Source: Candidatus Methylomirabilota bacterium
GTDB taxonomy: Bacteria > Methylomirabilota > Methylomirabilia > Rokubacteriales > CSP1-6
Direction: 5' to 3'
Length of the DNA: 36,812 nt
Assembly (NCBI GenBank): GCA_025922915.1
Contig: JAICGY010000001.1
Coordinates: 1 to 36,812, forward strand
A program made the position numbers and the translations under genes. Shown here piece by piece: positions 35,692 to 36,812 of this stretch (position 1 is its first letter; the number at the start of each line of letters is the position of its first letter). The notes under the pieces are model-generated. The model did no database searches, was not told the DNA's origin, and saw only the letters and a program-made list of their open reading frames with translations.

Positions 35692-36812
35692 CCTGATCCC
35701 CCGGGCGCGGGCGAGACGTCCGCGAACGGCCGCACCGCCATGGCCTCCGCCGGCTGCCCGAAGGCCGATTCCACGACCACCGGCTCCCGGAACGTGAACA
35801 GCGGGATGCGGTCCGGGCCGATGCGCGCCGGCTTGCCCTGGCGCACCAGCTCGAGCCCGCGCAGGACCAGGTCCGGCGTGATGGGCACCTCGTCGATGCG
35901 CACGCCGACCGCGTCGTACACGGCGTTCGCGATCGCCGGGATGACGGGCAGCAGCGGGCCCTGGCCCGCCTCCTTGGCCCCGAACGGCCCCTCCGGATCG
36001 TCGGTCTCCACGAGGAACGTGTGGATCTCGGGCGTCTCCCGCGAGGTCGGGCTCTTGTAGTCCAGCATGGAGGGCCCCTTGTGGAGGCTCTTGCGGAAGA
36101 CCTGCCCTTCCATGAGCGCCTCGCCGAGCCCCATGTAGATCGAGCCCTCCACCTGCCCCTCGACGAGCAGCGGGTTGAGCGCACGCCCGACGTCGTGCGC
36201 GATCCAGACGTCGTGCACCGTGATCCAGCCCGTGTCCTCGTCGACGGTCAGCTCCACCACGCAGGCCGAGTACGAGTAGCACGGCGAGGGCCCGACCCCG
36301 CCGCCCTTGTACTTGCCGGCCCGCTTCGGCGGCGCGTAGGAGCCCGGGAACGCGAGCACCCCGTGCATGGCCTCGGCCAGCTCGACCGCCCGGGCGAACG
36401 GGACGGCCCGGTCCCAGTCGTCGGGCACGCCCACCCGGCGGTCGCGGAACACGAGCCCGTCCGCCGACACCTCGAGCGTGCGGGCCACCGCGGCCGCGAT
36501 CGCGGTCCGCAGCCGCGTCGCCGCCTGGATGGCCGCCATGCCGCACATCAGCGTGACCCGGGACGAGTACGAGCCGAGGTCGACGGGCGTGAGGCTCGTG
36601 TCGGCCGGGTGCACGTGCACGTCCCTCGGATCGATGCCCAGCACCTCGGCCGGCAGGTAGGCGAGGATCGAGTCCGACCCCTGCCCGATGTCGGTGGCGC
36701 CGCACAGCACGCTGACGAGGCCGCTGCGGTCGGCGCGCAGCACGACGCCGGAGTGCGGCATGCTGTTCCAGTAGATGGCGGTGCCGGCGCCGGTGAGGTA
36801 GGCCGAGCACGC
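35685..36812 (-). CDS. Molybdopterin-binding large subunit of a xanthine-dehydrogenase/aldehyde-oxidase-family enzyme (C-terminal ~375 aa; 5' end off the right edge)
   Basis: The frame is open from the window edge (…AYLTGAGTAIYWNSMPHSGVVL...). Motifs: GATDIGQGSDSILAYLPAEVLGI, DLGSYSSR, HDVGRALNPLLVEGQVEGS, and GAKEAGQGPL. 7-nt overlap with the FAD-subunit start. Confidence 0.88.
   Translation of the reverse strand, partial: ACSAYLTGAGTAIYWNSMPHSGVVLRADRSGLVSVLCGATDIGQGSDSILAYLPAEVLGIDPRDVHVHPADTSLTPVDLGSYSSRVTLMCGMAAIQAATRLRTAIAAAVARTLEVSADGLVFRDRRVGVPDDWDRAVPFARAVELAEAMHGVLAFPGSYAPPKRAGKYKGGGVGPSPCYSYSACVVELTVDEDTGWITVHDVWIAHDVGRALNPLLVEGQVEGSIYMGLGEALMEGQVFRKSLHKGPSMLDYKSPTSRETPEIHTFLVETDDPEGPFGAKEAGQGPLLPVIPAIANAVYDAVGVRIDEVPITPDLVLRGLELVRQGKPARIGPDRIPLFTFREPVVVESAFGQPAEAMAVRPFADVSPAPGGSGC

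Noticed and set aside
34678-36810. 710-aa minus-strand ORF, and likewise 27582..30125, 27145..28794 and 34133..35296
   Set aside because: In each case only the C-terminal part matches a protein family. The N-terminal part is an out-of-frame read-through of the upstream gene. The true starts are GTGs overlapping the upstream stops.

Overview
This is a 36.8 kb, very GC-rich (roughly 70%+ by eye) and gene-dense bacterial chromosomal segment. I could not run BLAST or HMM searches, so every call rests on reading the translations, on motifs recalled from memory, and on third-position GC and start/stop geometry.

About 35 credible CDS are present, mostly on the minus strand. Many long ORFs in the supplied track are Arg/Ala/Pro-rich antisense or out-of-frame artefacts of the high GC. 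I saw no tRNA, rRNA, CRISPR array, transposase or integrase.

Modules from left to right:
1. Metal-uptake operon: PGPGW-like membrane protein, small exported protein, coiled-coil outer-membrane barrel, ZnuA-like binding protein and ZnuB-like permease.
2. Rv1086-like cis-prenyltransferase.
3. DinB, TtuB and TtuA tRNA-thiolation genes.
4. Three-gene cytoplasmic PAS histidine kinase / REC phosphorelay.
5. Phospholipid genes: PssA, Nudix hydrolase and an acyltransferase.
6. Envelope and stress-type small proteins (RskA-domain protein, BON lipoprotein, DUF3309, HdeD) around an orphan Fe3+-binding protein that is flanked by gene debris.
7. FtsH.
8. Internally deleted Zn-ADH.
9. P2-type cation ATPase, GH65 phosphorylase and beta-PGM.
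10. Frameshifted FMN reductase.
11. Aromatic-CoA super-cluster: benzoate-CoA-type ligase, PaaK-like ligase, BoxB, BoxC, an XRE-cupin regulator and a molybdenum hydroxylase.

The best lead is in the last module. The FAD subunit of the molybdenum hydroxylase carries the Cys spacing I associate with the [4Fe-4S] loop of 4-hydroxybenzoyl-CoA reductase. That reductase-type enzyme is tightly operon-coupled to the O2-dependent Box genes, which suggests a hybrid 4-hydroxybenzoate-to-Box route. No BoxA or BoxD gene is in view.
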